From Clostridia bacterium (lineage in GTDB: Bacteria; Bacillota; Clostridia; Christensenellales; Aristaeellaceae), in the NCBI GenBank assembly GCA_017552535.1, contig JAFZPV010000059.1, positions 4,629 through 68,628 on the forward strand: DNA of 64,000 bases, in the 5' to 3' direction. Position numbers and translations under genes: made by a program. Position 1 is the first letter of the stretch. Each line of letters begins with the position of its first letter. Below the pieces are notes generated by a model that did not search any database, was not told the origin of the DNA, and saw only the letters and a list, made by a program, of their open reading frames with translations. Positions 45,562 to 55,089 of this stretch are shown one piece after another.

Positions 45562-46893
45562 TCAATACAGTATCATGTAGCGGGAGATCTCCCAATCGCT
45601 TACATAGGTGCGGTAGGAATCCCACTCCTTGAGCTTGCCCGTGATATACTGGCCGGTGATATGCTCGCCCAGCGTGTCCATGACCAGCCTGTCTTGCTGC
45701 ATCGCCGTGATCGCGCTGTGGAGCGAAGACGGCAGCGAGCGGATCCCTTTGGCTTCTCTTTCATCCGCTGTCATGGCAAAGATGTTGCCGGTGATCTCTG
45801 CGGGCGGGGTCATGCCTTTCTCGATGCCGTCCAGGCCTGCCGCAAGGCATACCGCCAGCTCGAGGTAGGGGTTGCAGCTGGGGTCGGGGCAGCGCAGTTC
45901 GACGCGTGTAGACTGTCCGCGGGCGGCCGGTATCCTGATCAGCGCGCTGCGGTTGGAGGCGCTCCAGGCGGTATAGCAGGGCGCTTCGTAACCGGGCACG
46001 AGGCGCTTATACGAGTTTACGAGCGGGTTGGTGATCGCCGCCATGCCCTGGATGTGGGTGAGCAGTCCGGCGATAAAGCTGTACGCGGTCTTCGAGAGCT
46101 TTCTGCTGTCCGCGGGATCGTAAAACGCGTTTTTCCCGTCCTTGAACAGGGACATGTTGGTATGCATGCCGCTGCCGTTGATGCCGAAGATCGGCTTGGG
46201 CATGAACGTCGCGTGCAGGCCGTTTTTCTGCGCCAGCGTCTTGACCGCGAGTTTGAAGGTCATGATGTTGTCCGCTGCCGTCAGCGCGTCGGCGTATTTG
46301 AAGTCGATCTCGTGCTGGCCGGCGGCGACTTCGTGGTGGGACGCTTCGATCTCAAAGCCCATCTTCTCCAGCGCCATGCAGATCTCACGGCGCGTGCTCT
46401 CGCCGTGATCGAGCGGCCCAAGGTCAAAGTAGCCGGCTTCGTCGTTCGTGGCGGGAATGGGCTTTCCCTTGTCATCCGTCTGGAACAGGAAGAATTCGCA
46501 CTCCGGGCCTACATTAAAGGTATAGCCCAGGTCTGCCGCCTTTTTCAGCACGCGCTTGAGCGTGCCGCGCGGGTCTCCCACAAAGGGCGTGCCGTCCGGG
46601 TTGTAAACGTCGCAGATTAGCCTGGCTACTTTGCCGTGCTGCGGTCTCCAGGGCAGCACGGTGAACGAATCGAGGTCGGGATACAGATACTGGTCGCTCT
46701 CCTGTATGCGCACAAAACCCTCTATTGAACTGCCGTCGATCATGATCTCGTTGTTCACGGCCTTTTCGATCTGGCTGGCGGTGATGGCCACGTTCTTAAG
46801 CTGACCGAAAATGTCGGTGAACTGCATGCGGATAAACTCGACGTCGTCCTCACGCACCATGCGGATGATATCTTCCTTTGTGTACTTGCTCAT
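45562..46893 (-). CDS. glnA: glutamine synthetase, type I
   Basis: The start was moved to [10 protein letters not shown] (GGAGGT RBS). Motifs [29 protein letters not shown] and NRSALIRIP are present. Confidence 0.9.
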   Translation of the reverse strand: MSKYTKEDIIRMVREDDVEFIRMQFTDIFGQLKNVAITASQIEKAVNNEIMIDGSSIEGFVRIQESDQYLYPDLDSFTVLPWRPQHGKVARLICDVYNPDGTPFVGDPRGTLKRVLKKAADLGYTFNVGPECEFFLFQTDDKGKPIPATNDEAGYFDLGPLDHGESTRREICMALEKMGFEIEASHHEVAAGQHEIDFKYADALTAADNIMTFKLAVKTLAQKNGLHATFMPKPIFGINGSGMHTNMSLFKDGKNAFYDPADSRKLSKTAYSFIAGLLTHIQGMAAITNPLVNSYKRLVPGYEAPCYTAWSASNRSALIRIPAARGQSTRVELRCPDPSCNPYLELAVCLAAGLDGIEKGMTPPAEITGNIFAMTADEREAKGIRSLPSSLHSAITAMQQDRLVMDTLGEHITGQYITGKLKEWDSYRTYVSDWEISRYMILY

Positions 46894-46920
46894 CGTGCTT
46901 ACCTCCGAAATCCGATTCAA

Positions 46921-46964
46921 AATAAAAGGGCAAGGGGATTCCTCACAGAAGCACCCTTGCCTTG
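46921..46964 (-). terminator. intrinsic terminator inside the glnA 5' leader
   Basis: The minus strand reads CAAGGCAAGGGTGC...; the stem is GGCAAGGG-17 nt-CCCTTGCC followed by CTTTTATTTTG. It lies between the promoter and the RBS. Confidence 0.55.
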
Positions 46965-46974
46965 CAATGATGGA

Positions 46975-47003
46975 ATGATACCACACGCGGCATCGCGTGT
47001 CAA
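46975..47003 (-). promoter_or_regulatory. candidate glnA promoter
   Basis: On the minus strand: TTGACA (47003-46998), a 17-nt spacer, then TATCAT (46980-46975). Confidence 0.5.
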
Positions 47004-47009
47004 TTCGTT

Positions 47010-47020
47010 TTTGCAGGATT
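47010..47020 (-). promoter_or_regulatory. upstream box AATCCTGCAAA, glnA-proximal copy
   Basis: The 11-mer reads toward the glnA promoter and ends 6 nt before its -35 element. Confidence 0.35.
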
Positions 47021-47100
47021 TGTCTGTAAAGTTTTCGTTTTGCAGCCATAATAAATGAAAACCGCTGTATTTGGCACGCAAAGTGGTTTATTGAATTTTG

Positions 47101-47111
47101 AATCCTGCAAA
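47101..47111 (+). promoter_or_regulatory. upstream box AATCCTGCAAA, asnB-proximal copy
   Basis: An identical 11-mer reads toward the asnB promoter and ends 19 nt before its -35 element. It is the inverted partner of 47010-47020. Confidence 0.35.
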
Positions 47112-47130
47112 TTAAGTATTCATTAAGTGC

Positions 47131-47159
47131 TTGACAGGCCCTAAGGCCGGGTGTATACT
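47131..47159 (+). promoter_or_regulatory. candidate asnB promoter
   Basis: TTGACA (47131-47136), a 17-nt spacer, then TATACT (47154-47159). Confidence 0.5.
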
Positions 47160-47166
47160 TCCGCAC

Positions 47167-47220
47167 AAGGCAAGGGTGCCGGATACGTTTTGAGGCGTAT
47201 CGGCGCCCTTGCCTTTTTAT
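47167..47220 (+). terminator. intrinsic terminator inside the asnB 5' leader
   Basis: AAGGCAAGGGTGCCGGATACG-8 nt-CGTATCGGCGCCCTTGCCTT followed by TTTTAT. It starts at about the predicted transcription start site, 55 nt before the asnB ATG. Confidence 0.6.
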
Positions 47221-47274
47221 CTGGGAAGAGGCCAAAACGGAAGCGTTTGGTTCCCGGGCAGGAGGGGAAAGCAG

Positions 47275-48855
47275 ATGTGTTCGATCATGGGCGTCGAAAG
47301 CAAGAAGATCACGCGGGAAGAGTTCGCTTCTCTTCTGAGCCGCACCGCTTCCCGCGGGCCGGACATGACAAAAGTGGTATTTACGCCCAGCGGCCCGCTG
47401 GGCTTTGAACGGCTGAGCATCATGGGCCTGACCGACAGCGGCATGCAGCCGTTTGAGCTGAACGGCTCTTACGTCATCTGCAACGGCGAACTCTACGGCT
47501 TCCGCCCCATCAAGCGGCGCCTGGAGCAGCGCTATACGTTCAAAAGCGGCTCGGACTGCGAGATCCTTTTGCCTCTGTATGAGGAATACGGTCTTGAGAT
47601 ATTCAAAACACTGGACGCGGAATTTGCTCTCATTATCTATGACGCTAAGCGAAACAGTTTTGTCGCGGCTCGTGATCCCATCGGCATCAGACCTTTGTAT
47701 TACGGATTTACCGGGGACAAAAGCATCGCCTTTGCCAGCGAGCCAAAGAACCTTATGGGCTTATGCGAGACGATCCTGCCTTTCCCGCCGGGGCATTACT
47801 GGGCGGACGGCAAATTCACCCAGTATGCCGATCCGGCACTGATCGGCCAGTTCACGATGAGCGAGGAAGCCCACGTGTGCGAAAAGCTCAGGCGCCTGCT
47901 GGTCGACGGCGTGGAGAAGCGTCTGGACGCCGACGCGCCGATCGGTTTTCTGCTCTCGGGCGGGCTGGATTCCTCTCTGGTATGCGCGATCGCGCAGGGC
48001 ATCCTGAAAAAGCCCATCCGCACCTTCGCCATCGGCATGGACATCGACGCGATAGACCTGAAATACGCCCGCATGGTGGCGGATTATATCGGCTCGGAGC
48101 ACACGGAGGTCATCATCTCCGAAAAAGACGTGCTGGACGCCCTGCCCACCGTGGTGGAACTGCTCGCCACCTGGGACATCACCACGATACGCGCCAGCAT
48201 CGGCATGTATCTCGTGTGCAAATACATACATGAGAACACGGACGTGCGCGTGCTCCTGACCGGCGAGATCTCGGACGAGCTGTTCGGCTACAAATACACG
48301 GACTTCGCGCCGAACGCCGCCGCGTTCCAGGAGGAAGCTGAAAAGCGCATACGGGAACTGCACATGTACGACGTGCTGCGCGCGGACCGCTGCATATCGG
48401 TGAACAGTCTGGAGGCCCGCGTGCCTTTCGGCGACCTGAAGTTCGTACGCTACGCAATGAGCATCGATCCCGAACTCAAAATGAACACCCACAACATGGG
48501 CAAATACCTGCTGCGCAAAGCTTTCGCGGACGAGCACATCCTGCCGGACGAGATCCTCTGGCGGCAGAAGGCGGCGTTTTCTGACGCAGTGGGGCATTCG
48601 ATGGTGAGCGACTTGAAGGCCTTGGCGGAGCGCAGCTACACGGATGAGGAATTCAAGGAGAAAGCGGCCAAGTACGATTACCGGCCGCCCTTCACGAAGG
48701 AAAGCCTTATGTACCGCGAGCTGTTCGAGCGCTTTTATCCCGGCCAGGCGCGCATGATCGCAGACTACTGGATGCCCAACAAAACCTGGCCGGGCTGCAA
48801 CGTGGACGACCCCTCCGCGCGCGTACTTTCAAACTACGGAGCCAGCGGGGTTTAA
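47275..48855 (+). CDS. asnB: asparagine synthase (glutamine-hydrolysing)
   Basis: The start was moved to MCSIMGV (Ntn Cys2) with a CAGGAGGGG RBS. The PP-loop LLSGGLDSS is present. Confidence 0.9.
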   Translation: MCSIMGVESKKITREEFASLLSRTASRGPDMTKVVFTPSGPLGFERLSIMGLTDSGMQPFELNGSYVICNGELYGFRPIKRRLEQRYTFKSGSDCEILLPLYEEYGLEIFKTLDAEFALIIYDAKRNSFVAARDPIGIRPLYYGFTGDKSIAFASEPKNLMGLCETILPFPPGHYWADGKFTQYADPALIGQFTMSEEAHVCEKLRRLLVDGVEKRLDADAPIGFLLSGGLDSSLVCAIAQGILKKPIRTFAIGMDIDAIDLKYARMVADYIGSEHTEVIISEKDVLDALPTVVELLATWDITTIRASIGMYLVCKYIHENTDVRVLLTGEISDELFGYKYTDFAPNAAAFQEEAEKRIRELHMYDVLRADRCISVNSLEARVPFGDLKFVRYAMSIDPELKMNTHNMGKYLLRKAFADEHILPDEILWRQKAAFSDAVGHSMVSDLKALAERSYTDEEFKEKAAKYDYRPPFTKESLMYRELFERFYPGQARMIADYWMPNKTWPGCNVDDPSARVLSNYGASGV

Positions 48856-48957
48856 ATACTGTCGGATAAGGTATCGTATTGTACGGTGCGAAGGTGGACC
48901 GAACGAAGTATCCTTTCGACGACATCTCATCACGGAGAGAACAAAGGAGGTTTGGTT

Positions 48958-50661
48958 ATGGCATTTTCGGCTGTCAACACGATCTGGGTGCTTTTGGGTG
49001 CGGCGCTGGTTTTCTTCATGCAGGCAGGCTTCGCCATGTGCGAGGCTGGCTTTACCCGTGCCAAGAACACAGGCAACATCCTGATGAAAAACCTGATGGA
49101 TTTCTGCATCGGCACACCCCTGTACTGGCTGTTCGGCTTTGGAATCATGTTCGGGACCGGCACAGCGGTTTTCGGCTGGATCGACCCGTTCATCATGAGG
49201 GAATATGGCAGCATACTGCCCCAGGGCGTACCGCTGTGGGCCTACGCGATCTTCCAGACGGTTTTCTGCGCCACGTCCGCGACCATCGTGTCCGGCGCGA
49301 TGGCGGAGCGCACGAAGTTTTCAGCATACTGTCTGTATTCGGCAGCGATATCGCTTTTCATTTATCCCGTATCGGGTCATTGGATATGGGGCGGCGGCTG
49401 GCTGTCCGAACTCGGATTTCATGATTTCGCCGGCTCCACCGCAGTGCACATGGTGGGCGGTGTGTGCGCCCTGATCGGCGCGAAGATGCTGGGCCCGCGC
49501 ATCGGCAAGTACGGCAAGGACGGCAAGCCCAAAGCGATCCTCGGCCACAATCTGTCCATCGCGGCGCTCGGCGTGTTCATCCTGTGGTTCTGCTGGTTCG
49601 GCTTCAACGGCGCTTCCACCGTGGGCATGGACAGCGACGAGCTGATCGTGAGCGCGGGACTGGTCTTCTTCAACACGAACCTTGCGGCTGCCGTGGCAAC
49701 GCTCGCCACGATGCTATTCACCTGGCTCAGATACGGCAAACCCGACGTGTCCATGACGTTCAACGCGGCCCTGGCAGGCCTTGTCGGCATCACCGCGGGC
49801 TGTGACGCGGTCAACCCGTTCGGCGCGGCAGTCATCGGACTGTGCTGCGGCCTGACCGTGGTGCTGAGCGTAGGCTTTTTTGACAGGATCGTTAAAATCG
49901 ACGACCCGGTGGGCGCGATCTCGGTGCACGGCGTCTGCGGCGCTTTGGGTACGGTCCTGACCGGTTTCTTCGCCACCGGGGTCTCCACCATGAAGGGCGT
50001 GTTCTACGGCGGCGGCTTCAGATTCCTTGGCGTACAGTTTCTGGGCGTGGCCGCGACGATCGGCTGGACCGCGGTCGTGATCACCATCGTGTTCACTCTG
50101 ATCAAAAAGACGATAGGCCTGCGCGCGGACGCAGCGGACGAGACCATGGGCCTCGACCGCTCCGAACACGGCCTGCACACCGCCTATGCCGGCTTCAGCA
50201 TCATGCAGGACAGTGTATATGAAGATGCCGGGACCGCAGCCGCACCCGTCGTGACTTACGAAACCGAAACGCAGCCGCGCCGGGAGAATGCCAGACCCGC
50301 CGGCACGCCCGTTTACACCCGCGTGCAGATCATCTGCCGCCCGGCAAGCCTTGAAAACCTGAAGACGGCCATGAACCGCATCGGCATCACCGGAATGACG
50401 GTGACCAATGTCATGGGTTACGGCGCGCAGAAAGGCAAACCCGAGTATTACCGCGGCACGCCCGTGGAGGTCACGCTGCTGCCCAAAGTGCAGGTGGATA
50501 TCGTCGTGAGCAAGGTGCCCGTACGCCAGGTGATCGAGACCGCGAAGCAGGTGCTGCACACGGGGCACATCGGCGACGGCAAGATCTTTGTTACCGACGT
50601 CGAGAACGTCGTGCGCGTGCGCACCGGAGAAGAAGGCTACGATGCGCTGCAATCCGATTGA
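48958..50661 (+). CDS. amt: ammonium transporter fused to a C-terminal P-II (GlnK/GlnB) domain
   Basis: The Amt core includes FFMQAGFAMCEAG and FAGSTAVHMVGG. After a linker of about 50 aa comes a P-II domain (ITGMTVTNVMGYGAQKGKPEYYRG...DGKIFVTDVENVVRVRTGE). AAAGGAGG RBS. Confidence 0.85.
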   Translation: MAFSAVNTIWVLLGAALVFFMQAGFAMCEAGFTRAKNTGNILMKNLMDFCIGTPLYWLFGFGIMFGTGTAVFGWIDPFIMREYGSILPQGVPLWAYAIFQTVFCATSATIVSGAMAERTKFSAYCLYSAAISLFIYPVSGHWIWGGGWLSELGFHDFAGSTAVHMVGGVCALIGAKMLGPRIGKYGKDGKPKAILGHNLSIAALGVFILWFCWFGFNGASTVGMDSDELIVSAGLVFFNTNLAAAVATLATMLFTWLRYGKPDVSMTFNAALAGLVGITAGCDAVNPFGAAVIGLCCGLTVVLSVGFFDRIVKIDDPVGAISVHGVCGALGTVLTGFFATGVSTMKGVFYGGGFRFLGVQFLGVAATIGWTAVVITIVFTLIKKTIGLRADAADETMGLDRSEHGLHTAYAGFSIMQDSVYEDAGTAAAPVVTYETETQPRRENARPAGTPVYTRVQIICRPASLENLKTAMNRIGITGMTVTNVMGYGAQKGKPEYYRGTPVEVTLLPKVQVDIVVSKVPVRQVIETAKQVLHTGHIGDGKIFVTDVENVVRVRTGEEGYDALQSD

Positions 50662-50743
50662 CTTACAGACCGAACCGTCATATAATATCATGCTGTGAAT
50701 ATGGCGGTTCAGCGGAAACGCTGCGCGGCGGTGAGGTATGATT

Positions 50744-52030
50744 ATGAAGAACTGTGCGATCGTCGGCATCAACTGGGGCGACGAAGGCAAAGGCCGGATG
50801 GTCGACCTGCTTACCGAAAATTTCGATGTGGTCGTGCGCTACCAGGGCGGCGGAAACGCCGGTCACACGGTAGTGAACGAAAAGGGCAGATTTGCACTGC
50901 ACCTGCTGCCTTCCGGTGTTTTCAGAGACGGCGTCGTCAACATCCTGGGCAACGGCGTCGCTCTGGACCCGGAAAACCTGCTGGGTGAGATCAAAGCCGT
51001 CACGAAACAGGGCGTGCGCATCTCGCCGGACAATCTGAAGATCAGCGAGCGGGCGTCCCTGCTGCTCCCATGGCACAGGGATCTGGACGAGCTGGAAGAA
51101 AAGCGCCTGAAGGACAAAAAGTACGGCTCCACGAAACAGGGGATCGCGCCGTTTTATTCCGATAAGTACCAGAAAAAGACCATTCTGGCCGGGGAACTGT
51201 TCTATCCCGAAGAACTGAAAGCGCATCTTGCCGACCTGCTGGAATGGAAAAACCTCATTCTCACGAATGTGTACGGCGCCAGACCGTATACGATGGAAAG
51301 CCTGAACGGCTGGATACGCGATTATTGCGAACCGCTCAGGCCTTTCATCTGCGATACCGGCGCGTTTCTGAAGCAGGCGCAGACGCAGAGCAGAAATATC
51401 CTGTTCGAGGCGCAGCTGGGAGCGCTCCGCGATCTGGATTACGGCATTTATCCGTATACCACTTCTTCCAACACCCTGGCCGCTTTCGCGCCCGTAGGCG
51501 CCGGGCTGCCGTCGCTGCGCCTTGATGAGGTCATCGGCGTGGTAAAGGCCTATTCCACCTGTGTCGGAGAAGGTCCTTTCGTATGCGAGATGTTCGGGGA
51601 CGAGGCCGAAAGACTGCGGGAAGCCGGACAGGAATACGGCGCCAAGACCGGGCGCCCGCGCCGGGTAGGGCCGATAGACCTCGTCGCCACCCGCTACGGC
51701 GTTGAAGTCCAGGCCGCTACGCAGATCGCGCTGACAAAGCTCGATGTACTGAGCTATATGCCCAAAATACCCGTATGCACGGCTTACACCGTAAACGGCG
51801 CAAGAACAGAGCATTTTCCTTTCCCCATGGAACTGGGCGGCGCAGAACCGGTGATCGATTACTGTCCCGGCTGGGAAAGCGACATATCCGGCATACGCGA
51901 ATGGTCGGCCCTGCCCCGGGCGGCTCAGGATTATGTGTGTATGATCGAGCGCGCCATACAGTGCCCGATCACGTATGTTTCCGTGGGTCCCGAGAGGGAC
52001 AGCATCATCGCGCGGCAGGCCTGGTCCTGA
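50744..52030 (+). CDS. purA: adenylosuccinate synthetase
   Basis: GINWGDEGKGRMVD and GGGNAGHTV motifs. The second ATG was chosen because it sits 8 nt after GGTGAGG. Confidence 0.9.
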   Translation: MKNCAIVGINWGDEGKGRMVDLLTENFDVVVRYQGGGNAGHTVVNEKGRFALHLLPSGVFRDGVVNILGNGVALDPENLLGEIKAVTKQGVRISPDNLKISERASLLLPWHRDLDELEEKRLKDKKYGSTKQGIAPFYSDKYQKKTILAGELFYPEELKAHLADLLEWKNLILTNVYGARPYTMESLNGWIRDYCEPLRPFICDTGAFLKQAQTQSRNILFEAQLGALRDLDYGIYPYTTSSNTLAAFAPVGAGLPSLRLDEVIGVVKAYSTCVGEGPFVCEMFGDEAERLREAGQEYGAKTGRPRRVGPIDLVATRYGVEVQAATQIALTKLDVLSYMPKIPVCTAYTVNGARTEHFPFPMELGGAEPVIDYCPGWESDISGIREWSALPRAAQDYVCMIERAIQCPITYVSVGPERDSIIARQAWS

Positions 52031-52058
52031 CCCAACTACCTGAAACTGGAGAGATCGT

Positions 52059-53474
52059 ATGACGAACTGTTATGAATCGCCGCTGTCTTCCCGCTACGCT
52101 TCGGAATACATGCTCAGCCTGTTTTCTGCGGACACGCGCTATCAGACCTGGCGGAAGCTCTGGACGGCGCTTGCCAGAGAAGAGATGAACCTGGGACTGC
52201 CGATCACCGCGCAGCAGGTAGACGAACTGTCGGAACATATCACGGACATCGACTACGACTGCGTTGCTCAACGCGAAAGGGAAGTGCGGCACGATGTGAT
52301 GGCCCACATTTACGCCTACGGCAAAGCCGCGCCGTCGGCTGCGGGGATCATCCATCTGGGCGCAACGAGCTGCTACGTCACGGACAACGCGGATCTGATC
52401 ATATACCGGGATGCTCTGACGCATCTGCGCGGAGAGCTCTTGGCCGTTGTGAAAAACCTGTCGGAATTCGCGGACAGATACAAACAGCTGCCGACGCTCG
52501 GCTATACGCACTACCAGCCCGCGCAGCTGGTGACCGTCGGCAAACGCGCGACCCTCTGGATGCAGGATCTTGTTTCGGATATCGGGGAGATCGATTTTGC
52601 CATTTCCAATTTCAGGTTCCTCGGCTGCCGGGGGACCACGGGAACAGAAGCCAGTTTTTTGGATCTTTTCGGCGGGGACAGCGCGAAGATCGACGCCATG
52701 AACCGTGCGCTCGCCGGGCAGTTCGGTTTTTCGGAGTGCTATGATGTCTGCGGACAGACGTATCCCCGCAAGGTGGACAGCCGCATACTGAACTGCCTTT
52801 CATCCATCGCGCAGAGCTGCTGCCGCATGGCAGGCGACATTCGCCTTCTGCAGCACGACCGCCAGATCGAGGAACCGTTTGAAGACAGCCAGATCGGCTC
52901 TTCGGCCATGGCGTACAAGCGCAATCCCATGCGCTGCGAAAGGATCTGCTCGCTTGCGCGCTACCTGATGGCCGACGCGCAGAATGCGGCAATGACGGCT
53001 TCCGCGCAATGGCTCGAACGCACACTGGACGATTCGGCCAACCGCCGCATTTCGATGCCGGAGGGCTTTTTGTGCGCCGACGCGATCCTGCGCCTGAGCC
53101 GCAACGTGACAGGCGGACTGCACGTAAACGAAAAGATCATCGAAAAATCGGTGCGTGAGTATCTGCCCTTCATCGCCACGGAGAACCTGCTTATGGAGGC
53201 GGTCAAACGGGGCGGAGACCGGCAGGCGCTTCACGAGATCATTCGCAGGTGCTCCATGGAGGCTACGGCCCGGATGAAAAACGGCGAAAACTGCGATCTG
53301 ATGGAACGCCTGGCCGCCGAGCCTGAATTCGGCCTGAATGCAGCCGAATTGGAAAAGATACTCGATCCCCAGCTGTATACGGGCAGGTGTGCGGAGCAGG
53401 TATCCGGGTTCCTTGAAAAAATAAAACCCATGCTCAGCAGAGCAAGCGACGCGAAGGCAGATATCGAACTGTAA
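52059..53474 (+). CDS. purB: adenylosuccinate lyase
   Basis: The fumarate-lyase signature GSSAMAYKRNP and the length (471 aa). Confidence 0.9.
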   Translation: MTNCYESPLSSRYASEYMLSLFSADTRYQTWRKLWTALAREEMNLGLPITAQQVDELSEHITDIDYDCVAQREREVRHDVMAHIYAYGKAAPSAAGIIHLGATSCYVTDNADLIIYRDALTHLRGELLAVVKNLSEFADRYKQLPTLGYTHYQPAQLVTVGKRATLWMQDLVSDIGEIDFAISNFRFLGCRGTTGTEASFLDLFGGDSAKIDAMNRALAGQFGFSECYDVCGQTYPRKVDSRILNCLSSIAQSCCRMAGDIRLLQHDRQIEEPFEDSQIGSSAMAYKRNPMRCERICSLARYLMADAQNAAMTASAQWLERTLDDSANRRISMPEGFLCADAILRLSRNVTGGLHVNEKIIEKSVREYLPFIATENLLMEAVKRGGDRQALHEIIRRCSMEATARMKNGENCDLMERLAAEPEFGLNAAELEKILDPQLYTGRCAEQVSGFLEKIKPMLSRASDAKADIEL

Positions 53475-53486
53475 GGAGTGCTCGGC

Positions 53487-55019
53487 ATGGAAAAGATCCT
53501 GGTGATGGATTTCGGGGGGCAGTACAACCAGCTCATCGCGCGCCGCGTGCGTGAGCAGCATGTGTACGCCGAGATCAAGCCGTACCATCGGATGACGCCC
53601 GATCTGATCCGGGCGGAAGGCTACAAGGGCATCATCTTTACCGGCGGCCCCAACAGTGTTTATGACCCCGCTTCCCCGCGCTGCGATAAAGCCGTTCTGG
53701 ATTTGGGGATACCCATCCTGGGCATCTGCTACGGCGCGCAGCTTCTGGCGTACCTGGCGGGCGGGATGGTGACGGGCGCGGAGCACTCCAGCGAGTACGG
53801 AAAGACCGCGCTTTATGTGAGCAGGCATCCCCTGTTCAAAGATATTCCCGCCGAGAGCATCTGCTGGATGAGCCATACCGATTATATCAGCTCGGTGCCG
53901 CCGGGCTTCACCGCGGAAGCGCACACGCAGAAGTGCCCCTGCGCCGCCATGTGCGACGACGCGCGCAGGCTGTACGGGGTACAGTTCCATCCGGAAGTGA
54001 CGCATACCGCATACGGGACGCAGCTGCTCAGAAACTTCCTTTTCGGCATATGCGCCTGCAGCCCCGACTGGCACATGGATGACTACGCGGCCCAACTGAT
54101 TTCAAAGTACCAGCAGAAACTGGAGGGCAAAAAAGTATTGCTGGCGCTCTCCGGCGGCGTGGATTCCTCCGTCGCCGCGCTGCTTCTGCACAAGGCGGTC
54201 GGGCACGGTCTGACCTGCGTGTTCGTGGATCACGGGCTGCTGCGCAAAGGCGAAGGCGATCTGGTGGAGCAGACCTTCAGGCGCGAGTTTGGGCTGAACC
54301 TGATCCGCGTCAATGCGGGAGAACGCTTTCTGCAAAGACTTTCCGGCGTTACGGCGCCCGAAATGAAACGGAAGATCATCGGCGAAGAATTCATACGCGT
54401 ATTCGAGGAAGAAGCCAAAAAGCTGGGGCACATCCACGTGCTCGCGCAGGGCACGATCTACCCGGACGTGATCGAGAGCGGCAAAGGCGATTCTGCGGTC
54501 ATCAAGAGCCACCACAACGTGGGCGGCCTGCCGGACGTGATCGCCTTTGACGAGATCGTCGAACCGCTGCGCGACCTGTTCAAGGACGAAGTGCGCGCCG
54601 TGGGCACGATCTTAGGATTGCCCAAAGAACTCGTTTGGCGGCAGCCGTTTCCCGGGCCGGGTCTTGCGGTTCGTATTCTCGGAGAGGTCACCAAAGATAA
54701 GGTGACTGCCCTGCAGGACGCCGACGCGATCTTCCGCGAAGCCGTCGCCGAAGCGCGGCTCGAAAAAACGCCGGATCAGTATTTCGCGGTGCTGACGGAC
54801 TCGCGCAGCGTAGGCGTGATGGGCGACGCGCGAACTTACGGTTATACCGTGGCGCTGCGTGCCGTTTCGACAGATGATTTTATGACAGCCGAGTGGTCGC
54901 GCCTGCCTTACGAGGTGCTCGAAAAGGCCAGCGGCAGGATAACCAACGAGGTCGCGGGCGTTTCAAGGGTCGTCTACGATATTTCCTCCAAGCCCCCGGC
55001 AACTGTGGAGTGGGAATAA
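53487..55019 (+). CDS. guaA: GMP synthase (glutamine-hydrolysing)
   Basis: The GATase motif GICYGAQLL and the PP-loop [11 protein letters not shown]. The C-terminus ends PPATVEWE. Confidence 0.9.
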   Translation: MEKILVMDFGGQYNQLIARRVREQHVYAEIKPYHRMTPDLIRAEGYKGIIFTGGPNSVYDPASPRCDKAVLDLGIPILGICYGAQLLAYLAGGMVTGAEHSSEYGKTALYVSRHPLFKDIPAESICWMSHTDYISSVPPGFTAEAHTQKCPCAAMCDDARRLYGVQFHPEVTHTAYGTQLLRNFLFGICACSPDWHMDDYAAQLISKYQQKLEGKKVLLALSGGVDSSVAALLLHKAVGHGLTCVFVDHGLLRKGEGDLVEQTFRREFGLNLIRVNAGERFLQRLSGVTAPEMKRKIIGEEFIRVFEEEAKKLGHIHVLAQGTIYPDVIESGKGDSAVIKSHHNVGGLPDVIAFDEIVEPLRDLFKDEVRAVGTILGLPKELVWRQPFPGPGLAVRILGEVTKDKVTALQDADAIFREAVAEARLEKTPDQYFAVLTDSRSVGVMGDARTYGYTVALRAVSTDDFMTAEWSRLPYEVLEKASGRITNEVAGVSRVVYDISSKPPATVEWE

Positions 55020-55089
55020 GCGGCCTCAGCGCACACAAGGTTTTGATTGCACAGGCAAACGCTATGCGGCAGGATAAAAGGAGAAGAGC

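Noticed and set aside
48856-48957. A third copy of the CAAGGCAAGGGTGC leader or terminator upstream of amt.
   Set aside because: The 14-mer and a terminator hairpin are absent. Only weak 4-bp stems are present.
52800-54095. 431-aa minus-strand ORF across purB and guaA. Similar antisense ORFs occur at 50678-51814, 55618-56682, 62615-63982, 5132-6379, 42031-43209, 12080-13886 and 9466-10533.
   Set aside because: All lie opposite genes with strong family signatures, lack Shine-Dalgarno sequences and have Arg/Ala/His-rich composition. I treat them as GC-driven open frames, not genes.
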